Below are positions 34,831 to 44,446 of a stretch of 53,250 nucleotides of DNA, one piece after another (within the stretch, counting starts at the first letter, position 1; every line of letters starts with the position of its first letter). The stretch covers positions 1 to 53,250 of the forward strand of contig JANODG010000003.1 of assembly GCA_031412575.1 (NCBI GenBank), given 5' to 3'. Made by a program: the position numbers and the translations under genes. The DNA is from Bdellovibrionales bacterium (lineage in GTDB: Bacteria; Bdellovibrionota; Bdellovibrionia; Bdellovibrionales; UBA1609). The notes beneath the pieces are model-generated. The model was not told the DNA's origin. It made no database searches and saw only the letters and a program-made list of their open reading frames with translations.

Positions 34831-36519
34831 ATGAAAAACTTGTTTTTTATTAAAAAGAAAACTCTAAAGTCGATGTTTAGTTTAACTCTAATCACATTGA
34901 CGATTCTTTTGTATAATAATTGCGACAGCGGTTTTAATGCAAGCAATGAGTTCTTTAGCGGAAATTCAAACTTCGTATCACAGTGTGAGTCTGGTGCTCC
35001 GCAGGCCAAGATGCAGCTCCACCGTTTAACCAACCAAGAATATATTTACACCATCAAAGATCTTTTCAACGTCGACTTATTAGCATCGAATTTTCCTACA
35101 GCTGATCAAGCCGGAGGAAGTGGCTTTACGAATGAGTACTCACGCATGAACAGAGATACTAATCTTTCTGAAAATGTGACTAACGCTTATTTTGAACTTG
35201 CTATAACAACGGCATCTAGAATCATGACTCAAAATCCAAGTTCGGTTTTAGGTTTAAGTTGCAATACACGATCTGACGCCTGCTACGAGGATTTTTTAAG
35301 AAAATTGAGTCTTAAAGTTTTCAGAAGACCTTTAGTTGAACCTTCAGAAATGACTGCATTTAAAACAATTTTTTCTGCTTACACCAATTTTTCAGAGCCC
35401 GCAGAAGTGGTCTTAGCGACAATGCTAGCTTCACCAAACTACTTATATAAGTCTTATGGTGCGTACTCTGCCCCCGTAAATCAATCTTCTGGCAGAAAAG
35501 TTATATTGAACAATTATGAGCTTGCAACAAGATTGTCTTACCTTCTTTGGGCGTCGGCACCGGATGATGTTTTATTAACAACGGACCTAAGCATATCTGC
35601 AAATTTAGAATCGCAAATCAAACGACTTCTAGCGAGTCCAAAAGCCAGACGTTTATCTTCTGTTTTTGCTGACCAGTGGTTGGATTATTCAAAAGTTGAA
35701 ACCAGTTCTGTTCCAACAGAATTTGCCGTTTCTGCAGCGGTGTTGCAAAGTTCGAAACGTGAAACTGAAGAATTTTTAAATTACGTCATCACGCAAAGTT
35801 CCCGTGCCTTGGATTTATGGGACGCCGATTATTCATTTTTAAATGCAAGTCTTGCAACTCATTACGGAATTTCGGGTGTGACTGGAACCACAATAAATAG
35901 AGTTCCCATTTCAAACTCTAGCAACGGATCTAACCGTGGCGGCTTAATCACTCATGCAAGTTTTTTAATTAACACTTCAGGCGGGACTTTAGAAACTCAT
36001 CCCGTTAGTAGAGGTTCATGGATTTTAAATAACGTACTTTGCGATTCTGTTCCACCACCACCACCGGGCGTAACAGCACTGCCTGATGCAAGTTTAGCAA
36101 GTAGCCCTAGAGAACTTGCAGAACTTCACGCCAGTCAAGTTAGCTGTAAAGCCTGTCACGCACGCATGGACCCCTTGGGTTTTGGTTTAGAGAATTACGA
36201 TGCGAGCGGAAAGTGGATCACAAGTTATAATTTAGGAAAGTGGGCTGGTCGCGGCATTGCCGTAGAAGCTGATGGAATTTTAGATGGGGAAAGATTCAAT
36301 GGCCCAGGAGAACTTAAAAAATTAGTGGCCGAAAATCCCGAAACCAGCATTTGCATGTCACGAAAAATTGTAAGTTATGCTTTAGGCCGCAATATGAATT
36401 CTAAAGACCACTGTCTTTCGGAAGATGTGGGTCTAAATGTAATTTCTAAGGGTGGGTCTTTTGAAGCCGCTTTAAAAAAAATCATTAACAGTCCTTCGTT
36501 TAAAGAAAATGGCAGGTAA
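34831..36519 (+). CDS. Lipoprotein of the DUF1587/DUF1595/DUF1592/DUF1588/DUF1585 multi-domain family
   Basis: The signal ends in LLYNNC. Motifs: HRLTNQEYIYTIKDLF (DUF1587-like), KVFRRPL...MLASPNYLYK (DUF1595/1592), RLSYLLWASAPDD, RGGLITHASFL...SRGSWILNNVLC..PPPPPG (DUF1588), CKACHARMDPLGFGLENYDASGKW (DUF1585). Confidence 0.8.
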   Translation: MKNLFFIKKKTLKSMFSLTLITLTILLYNNCDSGFNASNEFFSGNSNFVSQCESGAPQAKMQLHRLTNQEYIYTIKDLFNVDLLASNFPTADQAGGSGFTNEYSRMNRDTNLSENVTNAYFELAITTASRIMTQNPSSVLGLSCNTRSDACYEDFLRKLSLKVFRRPLVEPSEMTAFKTIFSAYTNFSEPAEVVLATMLASPNYLYKSYGAYSAPVNQSSGRKVILNNYELATRLSYLLWASAPDDVLLTTDLSISANLESQIKRLLASPKARRLSSVFADQWLDYSKVETSSVPTEFAVSAAVLQSSKRETEEFLNYVITQSSRALDLWDADYSFLNASLATHYGISGVTGTTINRVPISNSSNGSNRGGLITHASFLINTSGGTLETHPVSRGSWILNNVLCDSVPPPPPGVTALPDASLASSPRELAELHASQVSCKACHARMDPLGFGLENYDASGKWITSYNLGKWAGRGIAVEADGILDGERFNGPGELKKLVAENPETSICMSRKIVSYALGRNMNSKDHCLSEDVGLNVISKGGSFEAALKKIINSPSFKENGR

Positions 36520-36522
36520 TTT

Positions 36523-38025
36523 ATGAGCAAAAAAAATAACAATAAGTCTTTTAATCGTCGCCAATTTCTTGAAGGTAGTTTCTATGGGATGACTTTAAAA
36601 TTAATGCTGCCCACAATGGTGAGCTTAATTCCTAAAGATTTAAGATCACAAATGGTTCCCAATGCCATGAATTTATTTGTGATGTATTTACCAGATGGCA
36701 CATACCCTCACTCAATCAACCCTAATGGAACTTTAAGATGGGATCGAACCATGTCTAGATGGTATCCCGCGGTTGGTGCTTTACCAACAGTTCTGCCAAC
36801 AATGTTGAATAAATTAAATGGCATGCAAAGTGACTTTTCGATTGTCAGTGGTCTTCAAAATTCGGCAGGTACAACCTGTGCGGGTCATCACGCTGATGCC
36901 ATCGCAAGATATTTAACGGGCAACAGCTTTCAAAACAATTGGTGTACTGATCTTTATTCTGTAAATGACAGTATAGATCAAATCATTGGTAAACATCTTT
37001 CTGGCAGAACTGATGCCTCCTCTATCCAAAAATTTATTTTAAGTGCGAAAATGCGAAATGTCGGTGGAGCAGATATGGGCACTGGCGCTAACCGTGAATG
37101 GGGCCATAACTTATCTTATTTAAATAATAAACCAGCTTACAGTTATACAAATCCAGGACAAATGTTCACGGACACTTTTGGATTACCAACAGACCCACAA
37201 ATTACCGCCGCCTTAAAAAAGCGTAAAAGTGCATTGGACTTTTTACTTCCAGACATTCAAGCCAAACGAGCTTTAGCTTCTGCTGAAGACCGAATTATTT
37301 TAGATCGTTGGTTAACTAATTACGAGGAATTGCAAAGAACTTTAGAGACCACAGGCACAGGCCCTGTATGCACAAGACCAACTGCTCCAGCGGCGACTTT
37401 AGATGCGGCCGCAAATCGAGGACAAGACTACAATGCCATAGTTAGAGCTTATATGGATATAATGCTGGCTTCCATGGAATGTGGAATTAGAAAAGTTGGT
37501 ATTTTACAAATGCAATCGGAAGCTGCCGACATTAACAATTTTTATAATCAAATTGTAGCCACTGAAGATCTTCATTCGGAAGTTGGTCGTACTACTCGAA
37601 TCACCGACATGGCCACAAGTCAGCACATTGGTATGGCCCATTACGGCAGTGATGGCGCCGATATGATCAATTATTTAAAGCTTGTCACATTAAATAATTA
37701 CTATTTAAGACAATACCGTTATTTTGTACAAGGATTAAAAACCCGTGGTCTGTTTAATAATTCGATTGCAACCTATGGTTACGGATTTAAAGATGGGAAT
37801 CACACCAGTGCTCCAGCGGACATGCCATTTTTAGTCGCCGGCAGAGGCGGCGGATTTAAAACAGGTCAGCATCATAGGTTAACGACACTTCGTCCCGAGC
37901 AGACCGGTTATAATTTGTCAGCAATGACTCCACTTCCTAATTTTTGGGCTTCAGTTTTAGGTAAATACGGGATCACTTACAGCCACGCTAATACGAGCGG
38001 AAACACCAATCAACTTTTCGATTAA
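36523..38025 (+). CDS. TAT-signal DUF1552-family protein
   Basis: Starts 3 nt after the upstream stop. Twin-arginine motif NRRQFLEG. SIVSGLQN...CAGHHADAIARYLTGN and C-terminal DGNHTSAPADMPFLVAGRGGGFKTGQHH are typical of DUF1552, the usual partner of DUF1592-family proteins. Confidence 0.8.
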   Translation: MSKKNNNKSFNRRQFLEGSFYGMTLKLMLPTMVSLIPKDLRSQMVPNAMNLFVMYLPDGTYPHSINPNGTLRWDRTMSRWYPAVGALPTVLPTMLNKLNGMQSDFSIVSGLQNSAGTTCAGHHADAIARYLTGNSFQNNWCTDLYSVNDSIDQIIGKHLSGRTDASSIQKFILSAKMRNVGGADMGTGANREWGHNLSYLNNKPAYSYTNPGQMFTDTFGLPTDPQITAALKKRKSALDFLLPDIQAKRALASAEDRIILDRWLTNYEELQRTLETTGTGPVCTRPTAPAATLDAAANRGQDYNAIVRAYMDIMLASMECGIRKVGILQMQSEAADINNFYNQIVATEDLHSEVGRTTRITDMATSQHIGMAHYGSDGADMINYLKLVTLNNYYLRQYRYFVQGLKTRGLFNNSIATYGYGFKDGNHTSAPADMPFLVAGRGGGFKTGQHHRLTTLRPEQTGYNLSAMTPLPNFWASVLGKYGITYSHANTSGNTNQLFD

Positions 38026-38062
38026 GGTTTGCGTATTAGTAAGAAGCTGCTAGATTTTAAGA

Positions 38063-39589
38063 ATGAACAAAAAGTATTTTTTAAAGACAACTTTGATTTT
38101 TCTTAATCTATTATTTATAGCTGGCTGCAATTCTAAAGTTAAAAAAAATCCAACGACTGTAGTAGTAGGCATTAGCGCTATTCCTGCGACACTTGATCCT
38201 AGATTTGCTTTGGATTCGGAAGGTATGAAAATTGGTTCCCTGATCTTTCAATCCTTGATTAAAATCGGACCTGACATGAGTGTGGTTGGGGACGCCGCAG
38301 AAAGTTGGAAGCTAGAATCAGAATTTAATTCGTACTCTTTGACATTTAACTTGAAAAAGAATTTAAAATTTAGCACTGGTGAAGCAGTCACCTGTGACGA
38401 CATTATTTTCTCGATTGAACAGTTTAAATCCGATGACTCCCCTTTTAAATCAGCCTTTAGCAATATCACTAAGACATTTTGTAAAGATCGAAATTTAATC
38501 TTATCATTTAGTGATTATTCAGAAAAAGTATTAAATTCTGACTTGCCTGTGATTAAGATTTTACCAAAAAAATTAATTCTTGAGCAAAATGATAATTTTA
38601 AAAATCTTCTGATTGGATCAGGTGCTTTTAAAATTTCAAAGCTGAAAGAAATTGAAATAAATTTAGAACCAAATCCACATTTTGAAGCAGTCCCGAAAAT
38701 TAAAAACGTTCAATTTAAAGTGATCAAGGATGACTTCACTCGGTTTTTAAAAATGTATCGCGGGGACTTAGATCTTGCCGTATCTAGTTTACCCAAAAAC
38801 AAGATAAAGTCCTTAGAAACTTTAGAACAGTTAGAAGTGATTAAACGTCCCGGTTTAAGCATGGCTTACTTGCTAATCAATCTTAAAAATAAAGAATTAC
38901 AAAAACTTGATCATAGAAAAATATTGTTCGAAGGTATCGACAGAAAAGAAATTATTAAATATAAATTAGAAGGATTAGCTGAACCGGCAACGTCAATTTT
39001 GACGCCATCAAATCCTTATTTTTGGCCTGAATTTTTAAAATCCAACAAAGATTCAAAAGTAGTCACACAAGAAAATTTACGTCAAAAAGTTTTAAACTCT
39101 GACTTATCCAAAATTGTTTTAAGTCTAAAAACTTCGAACACCAGGGAAGCCGTTGAAAATGCAAAGCTGATTGCCACCCAACTTCGAAAAATTGGTCTTA
39201 GGATAAATCACGAAAGCTACGAATGGGGCACGTACTACAAAGATATTAAACAAGGTGAATACGATCTTGCCACTATGACCTGGGTCGGCGCCTATGATCC
39301 GGATATCTATCGCATAGCTTTTGCGAGTAAAGAACTTCCACCTGATGGCAGAAACCGTGGTTACTATTCTAATTCGAACTTAGATAAACTAGTAAATTTA
39401 GGAGCTAAAGAACTAGATCCTGAAAAGCGTAAAGAAATCTACTATCAAGCTCAGAAGATTATTTACGATGACTTAGCAATAATCCCTCTTTGGTATGAAG
39501 ACACCATCACGGTGAAAGATAAGCGAATTAAAAACTATGTGCCTTCGCTAAATGGAGACTATTCGGGTCTGATAAAAGCTAGCCTTTAA
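38063..39589 (+). CDS. ABC-transporter substrate-binding lipoprotein, family 5 (peptide/nickel type)
   Basis: Lipobox LLFIAGC, about 500 aa, with family-5 SBP features (DPRFALDSEG, VTCDDIIFS, PNPHF, AIIPLWY). No permease or ATPase genes are adjacent. Confidence 0.75.
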   Translation: MNKKYFLKTTLIFLNLLFIAGCNSKVKKNPTTVVVGISAIPATLDPRFALDSEGMKIGSLIFQSLIKIGPDMSVVGDAAESWKLESEFNSYSLTFNLKKNLKFSTGEAVTCDDIIFSIEQFKSDDSPFKSAFSNITKTFCKDRNLILSFSDYSEKVLNSDLPVIKILPKKLILEQNDNFKNLLIGSGAFKISKLKEIEINLEPNPHFEAVPKIKNVQFKVIKDDFTRFLKMYRGDLDLAVSSLPKNKIKSLETLEQLEVIKRPGLSMAYLLINLKNKELQKLDHRKILFEGIDRKEIIKYKLEGLAEPATSILTPSNPYFWPEFLKSNKDSKVVTQENLRQKVLNSDLSKIVLSLKTSNTREAVENAKLIATQLRKIGLRINHESYEWGTYYKDIKQGEYDLATMTWVGAYDPDIYRIAFASKELPPDGRNRGYYSNSNLDKLVNLGAKELDPEKRKEIYYQAQKIIYDDLAIIPLWYEDTITVKDKRIKNYVPSLNGDYSGLIKASL

Positions 39590-39671
39590 GGAGTTAGCCC
39601 AAAGCCTAGTTTAGTCGATAACAAGACAATCAGCGCATTAATTTTAATCCCCAAAATGCCGTTTATAAGGT

Positions 39672-40712
39672 GTGAAAAAGAAAGACTGGATACTTATTAC
39701 TTCTCTTATTGTTGCGATCATTGCTGCGGACCAGATTTCAAAAGCTTGGGCACTTACTGAACTTAGAATTTTCGGTCGATGGCTAACGCCGTTTATTGGA
39801 TGTTTTTTACATAAAAATCACGGTGCTATGCTGGGAAGTTTTTCGGATCTTCCACCACTTTTAAGAATTGTAAGTTTGGCCACCGGCGGAGTTTTTCTAA
39901 TATTTATTTTCGCAATCATAATGAGTGTACTGCAACACAGGCTTATCGTTTTACGTACCGGTATGTCCATTCTTTTAGGTGGCATCATGGGCAATGTAAT
40001 TGATCGCATCACCCATGGACCAGTGACGGATTTTATTGTGATCAAAGCTTTTGGTAAATTCAGTCCTGCGTTTAATATCGCAGATGCTACACAATGGGTT
40101 GGATATGTCCTAGTTTGTTATTCTATTTTTAAAGATGGTCACTTAATTTGGCCTGATGACAATAAACGAAATCAGTTTTGGATCGACCGTAAATATCAAC
40201 TTAAATACTGCTTAACCTTTGTGGGTTATTCAGCTGTGTTTTCTTTAATTTTAGGTGTTTACAGTTACACGTTTTTAAAAGTTATTATCACTGAGTCTTT
40301 AAAAAATTCAGTTATGATTTCAAACCAAGCTTTGTTTCCATTTGTCATCGTCTTTACGATAGTAAGTACAACTTTTCTACTTGTGGTTTTTTTACTTGGA
40401 TTAAGATTGTCACACCGAAGTGTAGGACCAGTTTTTGCGTTTAGAAGTTTTATCAACGACGTCAGATCAGGTAAAAATCGCAATTTGAAATTAAGAAGCC
40501 ACGATGAATTTAAATATTTAGAGATTGAAGCTAAGCTTTTAAAGCGCGACTACAGGCACTTTCAAAGACTTAAAAGGTATTCTGAAAAATTAAGATCTCA
40601 AATTGAGATGATTCAAAAGCATGAAGCTTATGCAAATGTAATTCAATTAGAGAATTTCAAAAATCAAGAAGCTGAATCCAAGCACCTTAAAACTGGTAGC
40701 GATCAAGAATAA
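39672..40712 (+). CDS. lspA: Lipoprotein signal peptidase II fused to a C-terminal 2-TM plus HAMP-like/coiled-coil extension
   Basis: GTG start. Residues 1 to about 165 carry LspA motifs (DQISKAWAL, HKNHGAMLGSF, GGIMGNVIDR, VTDFI, FNIADATQWVG). Residues about 170-346 add two TM helices, SHRSVGPVFAFRSFINDVRSGK, and a charged coiled-coil tail. Confidence 0.8.
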   Translation: MKKKDWILITSLIVAIIAADQISKAWALTELRIFGRWLTPFIGCFLHKNHGAMLGSFSDLPPLLRIVSLATGGVFLIFIFAIIMSVLQHRLIVLRTGMSILLGGIMGNVIDRITHGPVTDFIVIKAFGKFSPAFNIADATQWVGYVLVCYSIFKDGHLIWPDDNKRNQFWIDRKYQLKYCLTFVGYSAVFSLILGVYSYTFLKVIITESLKNSVMISNQALFPFVIVFTIVSTTFLLVVFLLGLRLSHRSVGPVFAFRSFINDVRSGKNRNLKLRSHDEFKYLEIEAKLLKRDYRHFQRLKRYSEKLRSQIEMIQKHEAYANVIQLENFKNQEAESKHLKTGSDQE

Positions 40713-40843
40713 AACGAAGGCTATAAAGCCTTACGGAAAGATTCATTTCAGCCAAGAAATACCTTTCGTATCACGTGCAAACATATGGCTTGTCGATCAC
40801 TAGTTTCGCTAGCAAAATAGCTTAAAACTGAGTATTATTAAGT

Positions 40844-42391
40844 ATGAGATTCGGTCAGCTTTCATCTATCCTATTCGCTTTTATTCAGATATTGATTTTT
40901 TCTTTCGCTACACTTGCTAACGAAAATCAAAATTCTAATGAATTTAAAATATTAAAAAATCCGGTTGAAATCACGAATGTAAAATCTGAAAGATCCGAAA
41001 ACGGCCAGCGTAATTTTAAATTGAACATTAAAATTGCTGACGATCATTTTTTGTACACTGAAGATTTAGAAATTATTTCTGAACTTGAAGGGCTAAATAA
41101 TTCCTCTTTTTCAATCACTTCGTCGCCAGTCATTGAGTTTAAAGATAAATTTTCTAATGGCGAAATCAAAAAGGGCATGAAATCCGAAGGGGTCCTAAAT
41201 TTTAATGTGCCTATGGGTTTTAACTACAACTCAAAATTTAAACTTAAATTCCGAGCGTGCACAGAAGAATTCTGTTACCTACACAAATTTATTGAATTTG
41301 ATCATCAGCAGATTGTTGATAATATGGAGACCAAATCTTCATCCTTGTTAAATTTTAGCATTGATTTCGAAAACACATCCGTTTTTTGGATTTTTGTTTT
41401 TGTATTTTTAGCTGGAATTTTAACTTCGTTTACACCTTGTATCTTTCCACTGATTCCGATCACACTGACCTTAATTAGAAATAATGCAAGTTTAGGTCGC
41501 CACCAAAGTTTTTTTAAGACTTTGATTTTTGTATTTGGGATTGCGTTCACTTATGCCATTTTGGGTTTAGTCGCTGCCACAACGGGTACTTTTTTCGGAA
41601 GCTTATTATCAAATGTTTATGTATTAATTGGTATTTCAATTATATATTTCTCGATGGCTTTAAGCATGTTTGGTTTTTTTGAAATACAGTTTTTTTCTAA
41701 ACTACAAAATAAAGTTTCAAAAGTTTCAACTCAATCCAATTTAGGAATTTTTAGTTTTGGTATGGTCACGGGCATTTTTGCAAGTCCATGTGTTGGACCA
41801 GTGTTGGTTGCGGTATTAACGTATGCGGCCCAAACTAAAAATTTAACATTTTCGTTTTTCTTACTTTTCATTTACGCCTTAGGCCTTGGACAAATATTTC
41901 TTATTTTAAGCCTTTTTTCGAACCTCATTGATAAATTACCTAGATCTGGCAATTGGTTAAACGGGATCAAATATGCCCTTGGCATTATGCTTATACTTGC
42001 AGGGGCTTACTTTTTAGTTCCGGCATTTAAAGCCTTAAGTTCAAAGAAGAATGTCAATTACACGGCCTTACTCAATGAGTCCTTAAAGGAAAATAAAATC
42101 GTTATCGTTGATTTTAAAGCTGATTGGTGTGCCGCCTGTAAAGAGCTTGAACTGAATACTTTTTCAGACCCTGAAATTAAGTCGTTCTTAGATAAAAACA
42201 TCTTTATAGCGATAGATGTGACGATCACTAACGACGACACTAACGAACTTTTACAAAAATATGATGTTGTTGGCCTCCCTCACGTTATGTTTTTCGATAA
42301 GAACGGAAATTTGCTTCCAGAATTGACAATTTCAAGCTATATAACCGCTGAAGAAATGTTTAAGAGAATTCAAAAAATTCCTCAAAACTAA
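40844..42391 (+). CDS. dsbD: Thiol:disulfide interchange protein DsbD
   Basis: N-terminal domain with CTEEFCY, a DsbD/CcdA membrane core (TPCIFPLIPI and SPCVGPVL), and a C-terminal thioredoxin fold with WCAAC. Confidence 0.88.
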   Translation: MRFGQLSSILFAFIQILIFSFATLANENQNSNEFKILKNPVEITNVKSERSENGQRNFKLNIKIADDHFLYTEDLEIISELEGLNNSSFSITSSPVIEFKDKFSNGEIKKGMKSEGVLNFNVPMGFNYNSKFKLKFRACTEEFCYLHKFIEFDHQQIVDNMETKSSSLLNFSIDFENTSVFWIFVFVFLAGILTSFTPCIFPLIPITLTLIRNNASLGRHQSFFKTLIFVFGIAFTYAILGLVAATTGTFFGSLLSNVYVLIGISIIYFSMALSMFGFFEIQFFSKLQNKVSKVSTQSNLGIFSFGMVTGIFASPCVGPVLVAVLTYAAQTKNLTFSFFLLFIYALGLGQIFLILSLFSNLIDKLPRSGNWLNGIKYALGIMLILAGAYFLVPAFKALSSKKNVNYTALLNESLKENKIVIVDFKADWCAACKELELNTFSDPEIKSFLDKNIFIAIDVTITNDDTNELLQKYDVVGLPHVMFFDKNGNLLPELTISSYITAEEMFKRIQKIPQN

Positions 42392-42462
42392 GCTCTGATC
42401 TTCTTCCTTTCTCGAAAAGAATGAAACAAAAAAGATCAGAATCAAAAATAGCAGGTGAAAGA

Positions 42463-43188
42463 ATGTCGATTGTAAGACTTAATAAATATATTGCTGACAG
42501 TGGTTTATGCTCGCGAAGAAAAGCTGACGAAATGATTGAAGAAGGCATGGTCACTATCAATGGTCATAAGGTCTCTGAACATGGCGTGAAAGTGGATCCC
42601 ACAACCGACACGGTTAAAGTTTCTGGAAAAGTTATCAGGTCGACATCTAATTTTGTATATTTTATTTTTAATAAGCCGACCCAAGTTTTGACATCAATGT
42701 CTGATCCCAGTGGTCGACCAACGGTTGCAGATTATTTTGCAGAGTACAAAAAGCACAGATTATTTCCTGTGGGTCGATTAGATTGGGACAGTGAAGGTCT
42801 TTTAATCATGACTAACGACGGCGACTACGCTCAAAAGGTCACTCACCCAAAAAATGATATTCCTAAAACATACTTAGTAAAAATCAATAGTCCGCTTAGC
42901 CAAGGCCAAGTAGAAAAACTTAAACGAGGAGTTACAATCGTCGGTGGAAAGGTTTCTGCTAAGCATTTATTACCTGTCAAAAAGTCCGGGAAAGACACCG
43001 AAAACCACTGGGTTTCCGTAACAATCACGGAAGGTAAAAACCGACAGATTCGACGTATGTTTGAAAAAATTGGGATTGATGTTCTAAAGCTTCGTCGGGT
43101 TTCGATTGGTAAACTTCGGATCGCCTCGATCAAGAAAAACGAAATTCGCCAAATCCCCGCCGAGCAAGCCTTTAAGGTCTTTTACTAG
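42463..43188 (+). CDS. rluB: Pseudouridine synthase, RsuA/RluB family
   Basis: S4 domain (RLNKYIADSGLCSRRKAD) and the catalytic motif GRLDWDSEGLLIMTNDG. ATG 42463 has AGGTGA just upstream. The longest ORF opens at 42421. Confidence 0.88.
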   Translation: MSIVRLNKYIADSGLCSRRKADEMIEEGMVTINGHKVSEHGVKVDPTTDTVKVSGKVIRSTSNFVYFIFNKPTQVLTSMSDPSGRPTVADYFAEYKKHRLFPVGRLDWDSEGLLIMTNDGDYAQKVTHPKNDIPKTYLVKINSPLSQGQVEKLKRGVTIVGGKVSAKHLLPVKKSGKDTENHWVSVTITEGKNRQIRRMFEKIGIDVLKLRRVSIGKLRIASIKKNEIRQIPAEQAFKVFY

Positions 43189-43246
43189 TTTGATATTCTA
43201 GACCCAAGTCTGTAACTCTAAGTCATTTTTATACCGATAAAATGGT

Positions 43247-43837
43247 ATGAAATTTGGTCTTAAAAAAAAATTTTGGACTTCCAGTAGCTCGCAGTTTCCT
43301 GCAAAGAAATTTATAGTTTTCGTGTATTTGTCATGTTACTTCGTCACCACTCTTCCTTTGGCTTACTTTCTTTTTAAGAATTATTTAGTTTTAGATGAAA
43401 TTGGTTTTAAATTTTTTCCGACACTTTTAGATATCAATTCCCAAGATAAATTTGCAATTTTAATTTTAGGATTAATTTCTTTTATTGCAGGTTTAACGAT
43501 TCAGATTTATGCCCATAATGTTTTTCTTAAAAAAATATACGGCCCCATAGATCAGTTGCAATCCCATATGGCGGGACTTATTCAAGGTGAATTTGATCAA
43601 CAAAAAATTGCTCTAAAACAAGATCAGTATGTTTATGAACTGATAAAAACTTATAATTATCTTTACAGCTCGCTTCAAACTAATTTAAAGCGTGATATAG
43701 CGTTTTTAAAAGAGCTCGAAGAAAATCAACAATCCAGTTTTAATACCAACTTAATCTTAAATGAAAAGATTCAGCAGCTGCGATTGAATCAAGAGCCTAA
43801 GAAAAAATCTAAATATTCATTTTTAAGATCTGTTTAA
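43247..43837 (+). CDS. Hypothetical 2-TM membrane protein with a HAMP-like juxtamembrane segment
   Basis: Two TM helices followed by KKIYGPIDQLQSHMAGLIQGEFDQQKIALKQDQYVYEL. Its architecture parallels the C-terminal extension of the LspA fusion at 40179-40712. Confidence 0.5.
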   Translation: MKFGLKKKFWTSSSSQFPAKKFIVFVYLSCYFVTTLPLAYFLFKNYLVLDEIGFKFFPTLLDINSQDKFAILILGLISFIAGLTIQIYAHNVFLKKIYGPIDQLQSHMAGLIQGEFDQQKIALKQDQYVYELIKTYNYLYSSLQTNLKRDIAFLKELEENQQSSFNTNLILNEKIQQLRLNQEPKKKSKYSFLRSV

Positions 43838-43908
43838 TTCTTTTTGCTGTTTTAGAAATGTTTACCGTCTTACGAAGATCAAGTCCACTTTCGTGATATA
43901 ATCTAAAT

Positions 43909-44394
43909 GTGCCTTTGAATTACAACCAAGATTTCAAAAAAATCGATTTTAAACTACATCCTGAACTTTACAGAGTTGGGAAGGGCGAACAGGGCGTTCT
44001 CCTTGTTGAGCCTTACAAATCAGAATTGCTGCCCCTGTGGCGTTTTAAAAATGAAGAGCTTGCACGCGCTTCATCTAAAGCGCTTTTTGAAGCCTTTAAT
44101 AAATATAATAAGGATATGGATTTTGCGGGTATGGATATGGCCCGTAAGTATTTGCAGATGGGCTATACCAGAGCCAGAAGGTACGCCAATCACCGCTCGG
44201 GGAAAAAATACCTTGGCGAAATTCCTAAGAATTTAAAAGGTGTCAGTGGAGCTCATGGACGATCGCAATTGCCATTGGACCTTGATTTGGAAAAAGCAGC
44301 ATGTGCTGAAATTTTTAAAAAAGTTTGGGATAAAGTAGAATTAAATCATGTTTACAAAGATCTAAAAAAAGAATGGAAGCTTTGGTACGGTTGA
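43909..44394 (+). CDS. DUF4385-family protein
   Basis: GTG start. DFKLHPELYRVGKGEQGVLLVEPYKSELLPLWRFKN...RKYLQMGYTRARRYANH matches my recollection of DUF4385. Confidence 0.6.
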   Translation: MPLNYNQDFKKIDFKLHPELYRVGKGEQGVLLVEPYKSELLPLWRFKNEELARASSKALFEAFNKYNKDMDFAGMDMARKYLQMGYTRARRYANHRSGKKYLGEIPKNLKGVSGAHGRSQLPLDLDLEKAACAEIFKKVWDKVELNHVYKDLKKEWKLWYG

Positions 44395-44446
44395 ATTAGG
44401 CTTCATTAGAATAATGAATCTTTGAAAGACAACTCTTCTGATGGGT

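Noticed and set aside
34806-35033. 75-aa minus-strand ORF overlapping the start of the 34831 gene
   Set aside because: It overlaps the signal-peptide region of a well-supported gene and has no homology signal or RBS.
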